Of a stretch of 64,000 bases of DNA, positions 26,030 to 38,073 are shown piece after piece (within the stretch, counting starts at the first letter, position 1; every line of letters begins with the position of its first letter). Below the pieces are notes generated by a model, which saw only the letters and a program-made list of their open reading frames with translations, was not told the DNA's origin and searched no databases. Source of the DNA: Lytechinus pictus. Its lineage: Eukaryota. Both the position numbers and the translations under genes were made by a program. The DNA lies in the NCBI RefSeq assembly GCF_037042905.1, contig NC_087252.1, positions 24,058,001 to 24,122,000 on the forward strand. Reading direction: 5' to 3'.

Positions 26030-27131
26030 AACAAGTGGAATGCCTCTGGCCGTCTCACCTGCATCACGCGATTCAATATAGCAGCAGTGCTGATTTTGAA
26101 AACTACTATAACTCGCACAAGATGTTCAGTGATACTTGGTTACTCTTATTTCCACGTTTTATGAACTAGACCCATACACTTATAGAGATATGATGATAAT
26201 TCAACAAATACCCCCAACGTGGCCAAAGTTCATTGACCTTACATGACCTTTGACCTTGATCATGTGACCTGAAACTCGCACAGGATGTTCAGTGATACTT
26301 GATTACTCTTATGTCCAAGTTTCAAGAGAAAGATCCATCAACTTTCCAAGTTATGATGGTAATTCAACAGATACCCCCATTATGGCCAAAGTTCATTGAC
26401 CTTTGACCTTGGTCATGTGACCTAAAATGCGCAAAGGATGTTCAGTGATACTTCATTACTCTTATGTCCAAGTTTTATGAACTAGACCAACACACTTTCA
26501 AAGTTATGGCGGTAATTCAACAAATACCCCAATTTGACCAAAGTTCATTGACCCTAAATGACCTTTGACCTTGATCATGTGACCTGAAACTTGCACAGGA
26601 TGTTCAGTAATACTTGATTACTATTATGTCCAAGTTTCATGAATCAGATCCATAAACTTTTAAAGTTATGATGGTAAATCTACAGATACCCCCAATTCGG
26701 CCAAAGTTCATTGACCCTAAATGACCATTGACCTTGGTCATGTGACGTGAAACTCATGCAGGATGTTCAGTGATACTTGATTAACCTTATGTATAAGTTT
26801 CATGAACTAGGTCCATATATTTTCTAAGTTATGATGACATTTCAAAAACTTAACCTTAGGTTAAGATTTTGATGTTGATTCCCCCAACATGGTCTAAGTT
26901 CATTGACCCTAAATGACCATTGACCATGGTCATGTGACATGAAACTCAGGCAGGATGTTCAGTAATACTTGATTAACCTTATGGCCAAGTTTCATGAACT
27001 AGGTCCATATACTTTCTAAGTTATGCTGTCATTTCAAAAACTTAACCTCAGGTTAAGATTTGGTGTTGACGCCGCCGCCGCCGTCGGAAAAGCGGCGCCT
27101 ATAGTCTCACTCTGCTATGCAGGTGAGACAA
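26030..27131 (-). mobile_element. HINE/DINE-1-like element with tandem array (copy 2)
   Basis: Same termini as 4079-5096; unit starts (GATGTTCAG) at 26121, 26284, 26437, 26599, 26762, 26954. Confidence 0.82.
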
Positions 27132-27283
27132 AAATCAAGTTTGATTTGACCACTTACTTACTTTACTGTCCATAGTAACTCTATGCTATTAATTTTGACA
27201 CCAGTATCCCATGGGTAAACTTTAACATACTGATTTAATAAATTATTTCAAATTAATGTATTCATTTTAAATTGAACTCTCAC

Positions 27284-27415
27284 CTCTGTAGTTGACCCCT
27301 GCGACCATAGGATGTCCACTTTGACACTGGTAGCCCATAGGTGAACTTTGACATCTCGTGCACCTGTTGGGGGCGGTACATGTACCCCCTCCTTCGCAAG
27401 TTCCTCTGCACGTAG
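27284..27415 (-). CDS. VWCE: Coding exon (132 nt), non-calcium-binding EGF-like domain: PTCRGTCEGGGTCTAPNRCTRCQSSPMGYQCQSGHPMVAGVNYR
   Basis: Acceptor ttttgtacttttcag|CTACG, donor AGAG|gtgaga. Six Cys, symmetric phase 1-1 exon. The split codon C|CT restores the Pro before EGF1. Confidence 0.9.
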
Positions 27416-28309
27416 CTGAAAAGTACAAAATAGGACAATTAATCTTTTTAGTTTACTTTTCACTGAAAAGATTTGTTAATGAATATTGTTCAGTTCAATT
27501 TCTGTATTTTCTCAGCATAAATATTATATGCGATATGTACTAGAATGATAAATAACTTGTATTTGGAGAAAAAAAGTTTGTTTAAAAAATCTTGTGAGTA
27601 GTAACTAGTATGAAATTTAGTAATAATTCAAACCCATAACTCATCACTACAAAGCTAATTACACACCAAAACAGTGTTGTGGCTTGGTAAAGAGGTCTCT
27701 GGACTTCAGACCTTAGGTCTGGGGTTCACTTTTCACTGCAGCAGTAATGTCCTTTGCCAAGATATTCCTCTACATCTGCCACTCTCTATCCCCAGGAGTG
27801 CATCTTTGAAACCTCTTGGTGGTTACTAATCAATTTGGTTCAAAATGATATATCAATATAAAAATTGTTGTTTGGCTTTTCTAAAAAAAACATAAATCTT
27901 CAAAATTGTTTCTGATTCTGGGGAGAATTTACAGCTTGAGATTACAAAAGTATTGCAGTGAAAATCTTTTTTTTTTATTCAAATGAAAAGGCTAATCAAA
28001 ACTGGATCTAATGACCATGACTGATCCTCCATTCCCACTGGCCCATTTTCACGTCCTAATAACGTCCATGTGTTCTGCTTCATCATGGTGTGGTTTCGTT
28101 TTCAGCCGCAAGGTTGAACGTTGACCAAATCCAGATTTGTAAACCATTTTGTTTTCAGTTATTTTAATGTTTTGTCTGTCATAAAACATATCAAAGGATT
28201 TTCCTCAGAAAATCATCTCAGTGAATTCCTGAGAAATATTAAACTAAAATATTTACATTCCTTTCCCCGTTTTCTATTTCCCTTTTAGATTTCTTCCTCT
28301 TCCTATCAG

Positions 28310-28673
28310 TTTTAAGTACCAACTACTATCATTTGGTTTACCATCACTTTATCAACTCTCCACAAGGTCTAAAAGTACTGCCACTTCATCCACTCCCCAT
28401 TTTTGTCTAATAACCAGTTGATCCAATAACCATTTAGTCCATACACCATTTGGTCTAATTTGACTAAGTGTTAATTAGACAAAATGAATGAAAAGAAACA
28501 AATATAATTGAAAATGGTGATTAGACGAAGTGATTATTGGACCAACTGGTTTTCATTGGACCAAAAGGTTGTTAGACAAAATGTTAATGGACAGAATGGC
28601 ATTACACTATTAAAATGAAGGTAGACCGTGTGATGAGTAGACAAGATGGCAGTAGACGAATTGTCAATTTACC
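28310..28673. mobile_element. Degenerate family H MITE
   Basis: Ends in GGCAGTAGACGAATTGTCAATTTACC, the complement of the 17370 terminus. Confidence 0.7.
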
Positions 28674-29136
28674 CACCACCCCCCCCCACCCTTCTTCCTT
28701 TCTCTCTACTTCTCTCTCTCCCTTACTTTCTCTCTACTCTTCTCCCCATCTCTCTCTCTCTCTCTCCCATCTGTAATATTGGTATCAATCACCATCCTCA
28801 TCATCCCATCTCCCTGGTGACCGTTTCCAATCCCAAACCCCCAATGTCAAGGAGACCCCAGGACCATATTTCACAAATACTATTGTAAGTGATTTTCAAT
28901 GACTACTCCGCTCTCAGCCAATCAGATGCAAGGATTTCAGCAGCTTATAACACATGTCAGTAAAAGCAACTGACCAAATCTTCATGAAATGCTCCCCTCA
29001 TCTCAGTGATCCATGTGTTATCACCTCTTCTACTCATCCAACTGTCAAACCACATCCTCACTCCTGTCATCAAGCAAGACAAAATTCAAGGAAATTTTCA
29101 CAATTGTCCCAAAATGTTTCTTTAAAATTAAATACA

Positions 29137-29429
29137 TAATAATAATAACAACGCACTTCTTGTATAGCGCATATCACAAGATGTCATAACGTCCCTATGC
29201 ACTTCCAAAGGACTTGGATATTATTACCCTGGCTTTAGCCCCGCAGCCTACAGCGGGGTGGCACTTCAAGGAATAAATTCCTACCAGGTACCCATTCATC
29301 TCACCTGGGTTGAGTACAGCTCAATGTGGATGAATTTATCGCTGAAGGAAATTACGCCATGGCCGGGATTCAAACCCACGACCCTCTGTTTCAAAGTCAG
29401 AAGACTAATCCACTGGGCCACTACGCTCC
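29137..29429 (-). mobile_element. tRNA-derived SINE (family S2, CORE-like central domain)
   Basis: Minus strand GGAGCGTAGTGGCCCAGTGGATTAG..GACTTTGAA..GGGTTTGAATCCC, then CAACCCAGGTGAGATGAATGGGTACC and a (TTA)n tail. Confidence 0.88.
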
Positions 29430-29567
29430 AACAAAGGCGACTGAAAACATTTTGCTGTAATGAATCAAGCTCAAATTACAGCTATATACATTATCTCACA
29501 GAGGGCTTAATGTATATAAAATGACAACTTTTGGTCCATTCTACATGCAGACTGACAGATTTTATCA

Positions 29568-29843
29568 GGGCCCCGTCTTGCAAAGAGTTACGATTGATCC
29601 AATCAATCGTAACTCTATGGAAATCCATCAGTGTCATAATTGTTTTTCACAGGAAATTTGCACAATGTCCTTTGTAAACAAAGGAAAACACACCAAATTG
29701 TCAAGAAATCAGTGACTTTATGGATATATACATTCATATCTAGAATTTTTTTTTAACAAACATGCATTTCATATCGTGACTTTGCTGGCTTTCCATAGTT
29801 GTGATTGATAGGATCAATCACAACTATTTGTAAGACGGGACCC
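29568..29843. mobile_element. MITE family A (Harbinger-like)
   Basis: GGGCCCCGTCTTGCAAAGAGTTACGATTGATCC / GGATCAATCACAACTATTTGTAAGACGGGACCC; four copies in the window. Confidence 0.88.
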
Positions 29844-30043
29844 TGAGATGTGGATCACGGGCAGGGGCAGAAACCTCATCCCCATCTTTACCCCAAATTA
29901 CTCTGTGCCTCCCATTTTTCAATATCCAGCCTCCCCTTTAGCTAAACATCGTTTTTTTCCCTTTTTGAAAGATTTTTTTAAGGTGGGAAACTGCATCCTT
30001 AAAATTTTGAGCAGGGAATCATCAACCACCATTTTTTTTTTCA

Positions 30044-30561
30044 AGGTCAAGTCCACCCCAGGAAAATGCTGACTTGAATAAATAGAGAAAAATCAAACTA
30101 GCATAGTGCTGAAAATTTCATCAAAATCGGATGTAAAATAAGAAAGTTATGACATTTTAAAGTTTTGCTTATTTTTCACAAAACAGTGATATGCACAACT
30201 AGGTGAGTGAGTCGATGATGTCCATCACTCACTATTTCTTTTGTTTTCTATTGTTTGAATTATACAATATTTCATTTTTTATAGATTTTACAATTAGGAC
30301 CAACTTGACTGAACCATATATATCATTAAACAATGCTTATTCCACATGTTCAGGGAGGAATCAGTCATGGGTGACATCATCATCTCCTCATTTGCACACC
30401 GACCGGGATGTGCATATAACTGTTTTGTGAAATTAAGCGAAACTTTAAAATGTCATAACTTTCTTATTTTACATCCGATTTTGATGAAATTTTCAGTGTT
30501 ATGCTTGTTGGATTTTTCTCTTTTTATTCAAATCAACTTTTTGTTGGAGTAAGCTTGTCCT
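30044..30561. mobile_element. TTAA MITE family C
   Basis: AGGTCAAGTCCACCCCA ... CTTGTCCT|TTAA; colinear with 7333-7770. Confidence 0.85.
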
Positions 30562-31945
30562 TTAATCCCTGATTCTGCCTCCCAAAGAAACAATATATCA
30601 TCTGCATTATAAATACAAGTGTATTCACCAGGTCAGGTAGCAAAAGAAACAGTGAAACACAAATCCTCTGTTTTGGATGACAAATTTATCACCAGCGCTT
30701 GACCCTGAGTGGTGTAGGTCATATGACAAGCACACAGGTTAACGAGGGGAATTGGACAGAAGACTCACTAGGGAATGCCAAACTGAGTCAGCTTTCCGCC
30801 TTGAAAGAATGAAAGTCGTAGTAAGGCACATCATCGTGCAAATCGTGAAGTTACTATCATTGTAAACTCACTGCATTTACAATCTGCAGTGGAAAAGCGA
30901 AGATAACTTGAGGGTTTACATTACCCAATAAATCATAAAGATGATTAACAAGAATCAATATGGGGCCTGTACCACGAATCTTAACCATTGATAATAAGTT
31001 GAGTGGTATTATTGAATCCATCATATTTGCAATCGATTGTAAAAAATGGCAATCGCCGCTTCATATACACCCAAATTCTCCACACATTCAGTTTGGTCTT
31101 ATCCCATATGTTCTAATCCTAGTCCACCGACTAACCATTGGATCGTTTTGCACGTCAATTTCAACAATTACCATTTTGTCTAATTTCAGCTTCAGCTATA
31201 CTCATTTCGTCTTTCCATGGTCTAACACAGAGTCATTAAATGCAACTTTTACTTATTATAATTTTAAATATGGCAATTTTCCACTATTAGGATTCAAATC
31301 TAAATCTAGCCCTCTATCAGTAATACTATTATTTTTATCTAAAATAGCCCTGTGAACCCTTACTTTACATATTTTGTGATTGGATATTAGAAAACCACTG
31401 ACAAAGATTATATGTTGAAATTTCAACCCATTCCATAAAATAAACCTTTTATGAACAAAATAGGCAGTGGAAATTATACCATCTAGGCATAGGACAAAAT
31501 ATATGATGGACCAGGTGGGTATTACTATTAGACCAAGTGAAGGTTGGACCAAAGGGTACTTGGACCAAATTGATGGTAGACCAAGTGGATACAAGCCATT
31601 GAAATAAGGTCCTGTTTCATACAGACTTGTTGTAATAACAAATTCACTATCAGCCAATCAAATTAAAGCATTTCAGTAGCTTTAAACTGTTATTGCAAAA
31701 TTGTTATTATAACAAGTTTTAAGAAACAAGGCCTCTGATGACTGATCACCTAGTTTTGTGTGACAGCTAGACCAAGGTGTCCTGTTTACACCTGTACAAG
31801 GGGAACGGAGTGTTTCCATATTGCCAAGTATAAATCACCTTCTTCCTCTCTTGCGAGTCATTCATGGTTTCGCTGGGAAAGACATGACATGTGTGCCAAA
31901 CTTATTTACACCATGGACCTACTACTCTGAGTAGTAGGTCCATGT

Positions 31946-32217
31946 ATAATAATAGGCATTTATATGGCGCCATCTATCTAGAAATATTATATTCCAAGTC
32001 GCGTTGTTATTACCCCGGCTTTAGATTGAGCTGCCTTTCAACACTCATGCGTTCAAGGAATTATTAATCCTGCCGGGTACCCATTCACCTCACCTGGGTT
32101 GAGTGCAGCACACCGTGGATAATTTCTTGCTGAAGGAAATTACGCCATGGCTGGGATTCGAACCCACGACCCTCTGTTTCAAAGTCAGAAGACTAATCCA
32201 CTGGGCCAAAACGCTCC
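31946..32217 (-). mobile_element. tRNA-derived SINE family S2
   Basis: B box GGGTTCGAATCCC on the minus strand; colinear with 29137-29429. Confidence 0.88.
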
Positions 32218-33464
32218 ATATGTTACACCTACTGTATGTCTCAATTGATGATAGTTCCCATCCTAAACATGTATGACAATATTTCTTAAGCACAGTGCTT
32301 ACTTGTAATTGTTAATGGCAATAGCAGTCATAATTCTTACTATACAAACTAAATACATCTCTGTCTATATCAAGCAATTGTTTAAGATATTTCTTGTTTT
32401 CTTGTAATATGTGACTCGACACACCGAAATGAGAGACAAGTCGGAATGTTCCAAATCAAATTTTTTTAGTGATTATTATTTCCCGTTTCTTTACCTTTAA
32501 TTTGATATATCACTCGACCCTTAAAAGTAAATATTAGTGGAGATATTAGCCTTAGAATGCAAGAAGAATTGGGCTCTTGAAAATAAAAATCAAGAGAAAA
32601 ACGCCTTCGAAGTTTTACTTCCGTTTTGACCCTGCTCCATGAAAAAATCTATTTTGCCACCGCCGAGCTAACCGAAATGCCCTAGTAACCGCTTGCCAAA
32701 AAAGGCGAAACGATTAACCAATGAGGGGCTGCTTTGATAACAATAGTCAACTTGCAAGTCACGCGCGACTGCAAGACGAAACAACGTTCCATGTCAATCA
32801 ATATATTCTACACATCAGTGGTTAAACCGGGGTTTTATAATAATCTTCGTGAAAGAAAAAGAATGCCATGATCTCCCTTATTAATGAAAGAAAAGGCGGG
32901 GATAAAAGGTTGGACCTAAAACCACGGAGGAGGGAGTATTCCAATTGTGCCATCGGCTTGTTGAATGTCGATGGCGTTTACTCTCACCCGGACTCTTGAC
33001 AATGTAACCTATCAAGCGAGTCATTATGACCTGAACTTTAACCGCATGTTAAAAAAAAAAAAACTATCCCTTGTAAAATGGTAAGATGGGACTTCAAAAT
33101 AATTTGTACCTCACCTTTACTAATGGCCTGTGTGCTCATGTCTTATTAATGCTTATGTTAGATTGAGACAGTGAGAACAAAAACGCAAATAATTTGTTCA
33201 ATATCGTCTATTACCGATCATTTGGGGGGGGGTATAATTTACAGCATTGGAATGATTTGAAATTAGTACAAAATACATAAAGGTATATTAATGAAAAAAG
33301 GCAATAGAAAAAGGTCTATAATGATTCTAAAAGTGGTGCAGAAAAAAAACCTTGACATAAACGTCTTAATTCTACAACAAAAAGAGCGAGGAGGTACCCT
33401 GAGTAAAGTCCCGTTATAATTATTTCCAACAGGATAGATTAGGGGAGATACGCTTTTTATTTTT

Positions 33465-33609
33465 TTAAACAAAGAAGTGCATAATGCGTAAAGCATTTCC
33501 ATTTATCTGAATGAAGGATATAAGAGCAAAGGTGTCGTAGCCGTGGGGATCGATCCTGGACTTTCCATGTATAGCCAGGCACCTTAGACCACTCGGCCAC
33601 GGCACCTCC
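33465..33609 (-). mobile_element. tRNA-derived SINE family S3
   Basis: Minus strand GGAGGTGCCGTGGCCGAGTGGTCTAAGG..GGATCGATCCCC; second copy at 61495-61690. Confidence 0.8.
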
Positions 33610-34076
33610 AACATGAATGCTGATTCGGATCGATATCAAGCACAACCAATATTTTATTCTAACACAGTAACAGATAAAGAATTAGAACATGCAAATGCCT
33701 TGTGCAACAAGTCTTTGTAAGATTGAAAGATCAACTTTGGAGGAGAGAGAACCCCCCCCTAAAAAGAGAAAAAAACATAATAATAATAAATTTAAAATAA
33801 AAAAATAAAACGAAATAAAAGCCCGGTTGTGTTTATAGTTCTCTGTTTTTTTTCTTGTCCGTTTTCTTAATTTTCCAATAGAACTTTTGACTCATTCCAT
33901 TCTACCTTAATTTCCCGCTGTTGTTTGCTATTTTGTCATCTTTGTTGTTTATTTCCCTTTCTTACTAATCACGCTAGCATAGTATTTTGGAATGATTTGT
34001 TCTTTCTCACATGTTCTTCTTTCCTTCCTTTCCCGCTTTCCTTCCGTTTTCCCTTTGTATGTTTTTCTTACTTTTT

Positions 34077-34327
34077 CATAGGCGGATCCAGCTTTTGGCG
34101 AAAGGGGGGGTGTACTGCCGAGCGGCGCACATAAGCACTTCATCGGCGCCATAAAAAAAAATGAAAAAGGGGTAAAGTCTGACCCTGTCAAATGCTCTTT
34201 TCTTTTCTTTCCTTTATTTTTTTTAAGCGGCGCCTTTTCTTTCTTTTACTTTTATTTTATTTTTTGAGCGGCGCCGAATTATTAGGGGGGGCGTGCGCCC
34301 CCTCTGCCCCCCCTGGATCCGCCATTG
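34077..34327. mobile_element. hAT-like MITE (GGCGGATCCAG ends)
   Basis: CATAGGCGGATCCAG / CTGGATCCGCCATTG. Confidence 0.72.
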
Positions 34328-34926
34328 TTTTTTCACTTTTCCCTTTCCCTTTTCTTCCATTTCTTCTTCCCCCCTTTCCTCGCTTTTTTTCCCTTTTCTC
34401 TTTTTGCTCCCTTTCTTTTCCCTTTTAAAAAAAAATATAATGGCGATGAAATCAGCAAGGGCAGCCTGCCCCCTGCCTGTTATACCATTGATATTATTTT
34501 ACGAGAAAAAAAAAAGGTTTTTTTTTTTTTTCCCCCACACGTTTTGAAATAACAAAAGCCCGGACGTTGCGAGTAACAAAACCTAGACTACGGTAGACCC
34601 AGCGGTCGCCCGACGAGCGCCGGCGCGGTCTGTATGTACTGTAAAGGCGATTACGGTACGAACCAATTGTTCTTTCGTATTAACAATTGATCATTAGCCT
34701 TTGTGTTACGGGGTCCTGGCCGCCCAAACTACGATGGATTGTGAGCTTTAGATAATAATGATAATTTTCCAAAGTTACAAAGCGCTGATCTCCTTTGATC
34801 CTTCCACAGAAACACATCATGTTTGAACAGTTCTTGTGCTTGGCTTTCATTTCGCCATTATTACGTTATCACCAATCTTGACCAACCTTATAACTCAGAT
34901 TTCGCATCCCGTTTGACGGTCAGTAA

Positions 34927-36831
34927 TACCTTGGTCACATTTGCTACGGCCGCCGTAGATTCTAAAATTTCTACGGCGAGTAGCAATTCTACGGTCGCCT
35001 CAGAATTTCCACGGCCACTTACTCTAGCGGTCACATATGTTACGGTCGCCGCACGGCGTATTTTTTAATTTATGGAGAAAAAAAATCTGCGGCTGACGTA
35101 TGTCCTTGAAATGATGAAATCATGACGTGCGGTCGCCCTAGGGCGACCCTGCGCTGGCCGTAGGTTTTTGACAAATACGGCAGACACGAGGTGGCCGGAA
35201 GGCGCCCTCACGGCGGCCGCAGGGGAACTATACAGTGAGTATACCATGAATTGCTTGTCACACTCATGATATTTTACATTAGACATTTCATTTCAGAAAG
35301 TTTTCAAAGTGTCTCACCATGCCCATGTGGGAGGGAGGGGGGGGGTTCGGGGCCCGGGCCCCCGGGTAGGCGAAAAGGGGGCGCCAAAAAGAGGGAGGAA
35401 AGAAAGGGAAAGAAAAGGGAGATAAAAAATGAGGGGGAAAGAAGAGAAAGAGAAAAGGGAGAAAAGAAAGAGAGAAGGAAACAAGAAGAAGAGAAAAGGA
35501 GAGAAGAGAAAAAGGGGAAAGGGGGAGTAATAAAAGTGTGGGGGGGGGCAAATTGATGTTCGACCTAGGAAGGGGGGTCGCCAAATTAATGTTTGACACT
35601 GATCTGAATATTATACGATCAGTAATGTTCGACCTAGGAAGGGAGGGAGGGCAAATCGACCTTTGGGGGTGATTCGCGCTTCGCGCTCGCATCGAATGAT
35701 TAGTTAGATGGACATCCTGTTAATGATTACCTAAATTGCGTAGAATGTCTAGTTTTGGAACGAAATATCAAAAAGTTTCAGCTCGCGCTTCCCGCTCGGA
35801 TCGAATAATTTTTAAGTGCCCTCCCTGTTCATGATTACCAATAATGCTTAGAATTTCCAAACTTTGGGTCATTTTGGAATATAGACAATTTTCAGCTCGC
35901 CCTGACAGATAGAGAGATACCCATCCTGCTCATGCCTACAAAACTTCTCAGAATATTCTATTTTTAGGTCTATACACAAGCTATCAAAAATCGCGTTCGC
36001 ATTATTTATTTGGACTTATGAAATAAATCTCCCTTAACCATGTTAACTTGTTTGTATGAATAAAGTTATTAAGCTGTTAATAAACGCTTTAGTCTTAAGT
36101 AAGAACTACACCATAGGAAACAACAAAAATCAGCATTTAACTCCCCATGATAATACTAATAATAATGATAATGATAATAAGGTCATATTTTACCCAAGTT
36201 AGCCGCTGGTGAAAGGGCAATATCTGTGCTTCATGGTCACATTTGTTCTTTAAAAAAAAGTGGTATTACATCATATTCATGGATAGATTACTTTTTATCA
36301 AGTCATCATTAAAAAAGTGGTCTGCAGTTGCCCTTTTTCATGCGATTATGAAATAAGATAATTCAACATGCATTTAAGGCACCTGTTTGCCTGACGAGGA
36401 GGGGTCGCCATTTTTTCTGAAAAGCACACATGCATATGGGCAAAAATTATAGGTAGGGCCCCCGAGGTGCAAAATTCTAAATACGCGCCTGGTGGCTCCC
36501 GAGCAGATAACACAAAAGGAGAAGGGGAAATGAGGGAAGAAAAACACGAGGGCAGCCGCACGGCCACTGTATGCTCGACGTACGGCCGCCGTAGACCGTT
36601 CTACGCCATGCCTACGGCTAGTCTAATTTCTACGGCGAGCGTAGAAAAGAAAAAAAATTATAACTCCGCGCTAAAATTCTGCGGCCACCCCTACGGCCTG
36701 TAAAAAGTAGGAATCCGCCGTACGTCGACCCTGCGGCCACCGCAGATTTTCTACGGCCGCCGCAGAAATTTCTCGAATTCAGGTATCTACGGCCGCCGTA
36801 CGGCCGCCGTAGAGCAAATGTGACCAAGGTA
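34927..36831. mobile_element. Long non-autonomous PIF/Harbinger-like element with nested insertion
   Basis: Perfect TIR TACCTTGGTCACATTTGCT / AGCAAATGTGACCAAGGTA, TAA duplication (34924-34926, 36832-36834), many subterminal CTACGGC(C/G)GC motifs. Confidence 0.88.
35318..36010. repeat. Nested interspersed repeat with purine tract and GCTCGCGCTTCGCGCTCG-type motifs
   Basis: G-run head, A/G tract 35387-35525, recurring CAGCTCGC/TTCGCGCTCG units; boundaries approximate. Confidence 0.5.
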
Positions 36832-37851
36832 TAACTCTTTGATAAATATAATTAAAAGACAATTATTAAAATCTCTTTGAAGCACGGGCGGGAATGAAAG
36901 GGAAGGGGGAGCCTAGGTTTTCATTTCTCTGCCACGGCCCGTTAATTGCTTTTAATTTTATATAGATTAAAAATTATAGTCACAAGCCCTTTGAAGCACT
37001 TTACTTCAAGGGCGCGGTGGAGCGAATTTGAAGGGGGGCACTGGAAAAAATGGCACCTTCTCGTTAAAAGGGCACTATATCTTTAAAAGAAAGACTAATC
37101 TACAGTAGTGTGGTGAGCGAAAAATTTTGAATTGGCTGCAGTATCGAAGCTTCGAGCGAGCAAAAATTAAAATTTTTATAACAAAAATCCAATTTTGTGT
37201 TAGATTTTGACATAAATTATAGGCCTATTCAGAAATAATATCATTATCTCTCTTTCGTTCTCTTATATTTTCTTTCTTTTTTATTGGTTGTGATTTTTTT
37301 TTGGGGGGAGGCAAGAGTCCCCCCTTCTGTACGCATCTACCCACTCAACTGAAAATGTAGAGGGTAAACAAATAAAAGGGGAGAGAGAAGAAGGAAAGGA
37401 GGAGAAAATTATCGACAAAGAAAAAAGAGAAGATCGAAAGGGAAGAAGAACGGAATCAAAAGAGGAATTAACGACTTAGAATTAAAGAAGTGAAATGGGT
37501 TGAGGAAGAACAAGAGGGAGATTTAGAAAGAAGAGACCGAATGGCCTGAATGAGAAGAGCGAACGAAAAGGGGGAGAGGGGAAGAAAGGAAGAAATAAAA
37601 CACAAGAAAGACGAAAGAAGAACTGAAGGTAAGAGAATAACAGAGAGGGAAAGAGAAAATAGATCTGGACAAAGTCGAAGGGGACAACATGACAATGACT
37701 TGTACATGTTGGTTAATGTTAATTTCAATAGGTGTATTTTAAATGACTAATGTTTTCAATTAATATCGTAAGACCCGTATACCATTATCAAAAAATGAAA
37801 AATGCAGGCCTACTGCATGGTCCTTTCGGGCCATATTTCATTGGTCAAAGT

Positions 37852-38073
37852 CAGGGGCGGATCCAGGATTTTCCAAAAAAAGGTTTTCAACCATAAATTA
37901 AGGATATTTCGTACCCGCCAAAAAATTGACAAGCAAAAAAAAAGAATAGGTCTTCAATTTCAAAAGGGGGGTACATCCCGGGGTATATCTCGGCTTCAAT
38001 GGCATTTTTACATTACAAATTTTAATTTTTCTTCTCAAGGGGGGGGGGACGTGCCCCCCTGGATCCGCGCCTT
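37852..38073. mobile_element. hAT-like MITE
   Basis: CAGGGGCGGATCCAGG / CCTGGATCCGCGCCTT; 8-bp TSD GTCAAAGT / GTCGAAGT. Confidence 0.82.

Noticed and set aside
26121..27060. CRISPR-like regularly spaced repeats
   Set aside because: Whole ~163-bp units are homologous, there are no unique spacers and no cas genes, and the context is a eukaryotic intron.
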